From: a virus
Length of the DNA stretch: 64,000 nt
IMG/VR virus record: IMGVR_UViG_3300034022_000629
Location: 1-64,000 of that record
Strand: one strand, 5' to 3'
Shown: piece by piece, positions 63,101 through 64,000 of the stretch
How the letters are laid out: every line of letters begins with the position of its first letter
Position numbering within the stretch: the first letter of the stretch is position 1
Position numbers and translations under genes: made by a program
The notes under the pieces: generated by a model
The model's input: the letters and a program-made list of their open reading frames with translations, nothing else
Told to the model about the DNA's origin: nothing
Databases searched by the model: none

Positions 63101-63999
63101 TACATAAAGTAGTTTACTAAGGTCGGGTAATTCGTTTTAACGATATCAATTGTCGATTCACTTCTGTAACCATCTAATATTGTAAATTTTGTATATTCCT
63201 TTTTTAGTTCATCATCACTTGGTTGTTTACTATACATAAATTCAACTAATGCTTTGATGTCATTTGTTTGTTCTTTAAAATCAAACGTTTCCCAATGTGA
63301 CTTTATTCTATCTTTTTCCTCTTTAGGTAACATATAGATTGACATATGTGGTGGGTAGTGAACAATGTTTAACCAAAAGTCAAATAGAGGGGTGTTATCT
63401 CTCATCCATTGAATTGTTTTTGGTAATTCATACGCATTTACCCAAGAAGTTGTGTGGGTGTAGGTGAACCCTAAATTCCTATATTTCTTTTTTAGTTCGT
63501 GGTACTTAAACAAGTTCTCTTTCACTTCATCCCATATTGCATTTTTTCTAAGGTACTCAAACGTTCCTTCTGTTCCATCAATACTCAAACCAATACCAAC
63601 CGCTTTAAATCCCTCACAGATTTTAATCATTAGGTCTTCATTAAGAATGGTACCGTTGGTGGACATATTCAACAAGATATTCTTACTGTGTCCTTCATTA
63701 ATCATATGTGTTAAGACTCTTTCCCAAGTGTTTGAATAGAATGGTTCTCCACCAACAATTTCAAGTCTTCTAACGTGAGGTAACCAAGTATCCATACTTT
63801 CAATAAACTCACTTGTTTGGTGTCCAGGTTGTCCGTGTTGTAGTCCAAAATATCGAATTCCAAATTTTTCCCATTCCGATTCTGGAATGTCGTTTACTTC
63901 TTTCAACCAACTAGTACTGTGACTTGGTGAACAACTTCTACATTTTAAATTACAAGAGTTGTTTAGAATTATTTGATAGTCTTCCGGATATTCAGGCAC
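63100..63999 (-). CDS. radical SAM enzyme, 5'-truncated by the window edge
   Basis: NNSCNLKCRSC is the CX3CX2C motif. The track's first codon is GTG at the window edge and the frame stays open upstream. Confidence 0.5.
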   Translation of the reverse strand: MPEYPEDYQIILNNSCNLKCRSCSPSHSTSWLKEVNDIPESEWEKFGIRYFGLQHGQPGHQTSEFIESMDTWLPHVRRLEIVGGEPFYSNTWERVLTHMINEGHSKNILLNMSTNGTILNEDLMIKICEGFKAVGIGLSIDGTEGTFEYLRKNAIWDEVKENLFKYHELKKKYRNLGFTYTHTTSWVNAYELPKTIQWMRDNTPLFDFWLNIVHYPPHMSIYMLPKEEKDRIKSHWETFDFKEQTNDIKALVEFMYSKQPSDDELKKEYTKFTILDGYRSESTIDIVKTNYPTLVNYFM

Positions 64000-64000
64000 T

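Noticed and set aside
1-64000. tRNA genes, rRNA, CRISPR arrays, integrase/att sites, transposases
   Set aside because: I saw no cloverleaf-compatible 70-90-nt segments in the few intergenic gaps longer than 60 nt (5043-5092, 22391-22497, 50474-50565, 56036-56157). I also saw no repeat-spacer arrays and no recombinase motifs. A proper tRNAscan or Infernal run is still needed.

Overview
This 64 kb window is a densely coded, AT-rich (roughly 30% GC) segment that reads as part of a large tailed dsDNA bacteriophage genome. There are no rRNA genes and no CRISPR arrays, and I could not recognise a tRNA by eye. Most genes are on the minus strand; a plus-strand island at 22025-32177 ends in a clean convergent, bidirectional terminator.

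The window has six blocks:
- **1-22000, nucleotide metabolism and DNA modification.** A DnaQ/DexA-like exonuclease (partial), a 5'(3')-deoxyribonucleotidase, a ThyA-like enzyme with unusual insertions, two m5C DNA methyltransferases, IscU and IscA Fe-S scaffold proteins, an AdoMetDC-like protein, a hotdog thioesterase, two large paralogous PcfJ-like proteins, and lysis or wall-degrading enzymes (a multi-domain M23 peptidase and a secreted NlpC/P60).
- **22953-32177, plus-strand glycan island.** Two GT4 glycosyltransferases, UDP-galactopyranose mutase, a short-chain epimerase, GT2 enzymes and SAM methyltransferases.
- **32697-37436, membrane-associated cluster.** A cupin hydroxylase, a polytopic membrane protein, a signal-peptide beta-barrel protein, DUF2892, and a flavin-dependent (Trp-type) halogenase.
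- **38889-46525, tail fibre block.** Three tandem paralogous tail-fibre-like proteins with Kelch-like repeats, plus a 1365-aa Ser/Thr-repeat tail fibre ending in a peptidase-S74 intramolecular chaperone domain.
- **46580-64000, second minus-strand glycan-modification module.** APS kinase plus a minimal nucleotidyltransferase, two sulfotransferase-like proteins, a carbamoyltransferase, three radical-SAM enzymes with an unusual N-terminal Cys-rich extension, GT2, GT25 and two-domain glycosyltransferases, a 2OG oxygenase and SGNH-type hydrolases.
- **Candidate system.** The two glycan modules flank the tail-fibre genes and sit with phage-encoded Fe-S scaffolds. Together they look like a phage-encoded pathway for a sulfated, carbamoylated, galactofuranose-containing glycan. 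The target could be virion proteins (the Ser/Thr-rich fibre) or the host surface. This is the strongest candidate for a previously undescribed system here.

Start coordinates come from the supplied ORF track, which extends to alternative start codons, so several true starts may lie at internal ATGs. All functional calls rest on motif recognition by eye; no searches were run.
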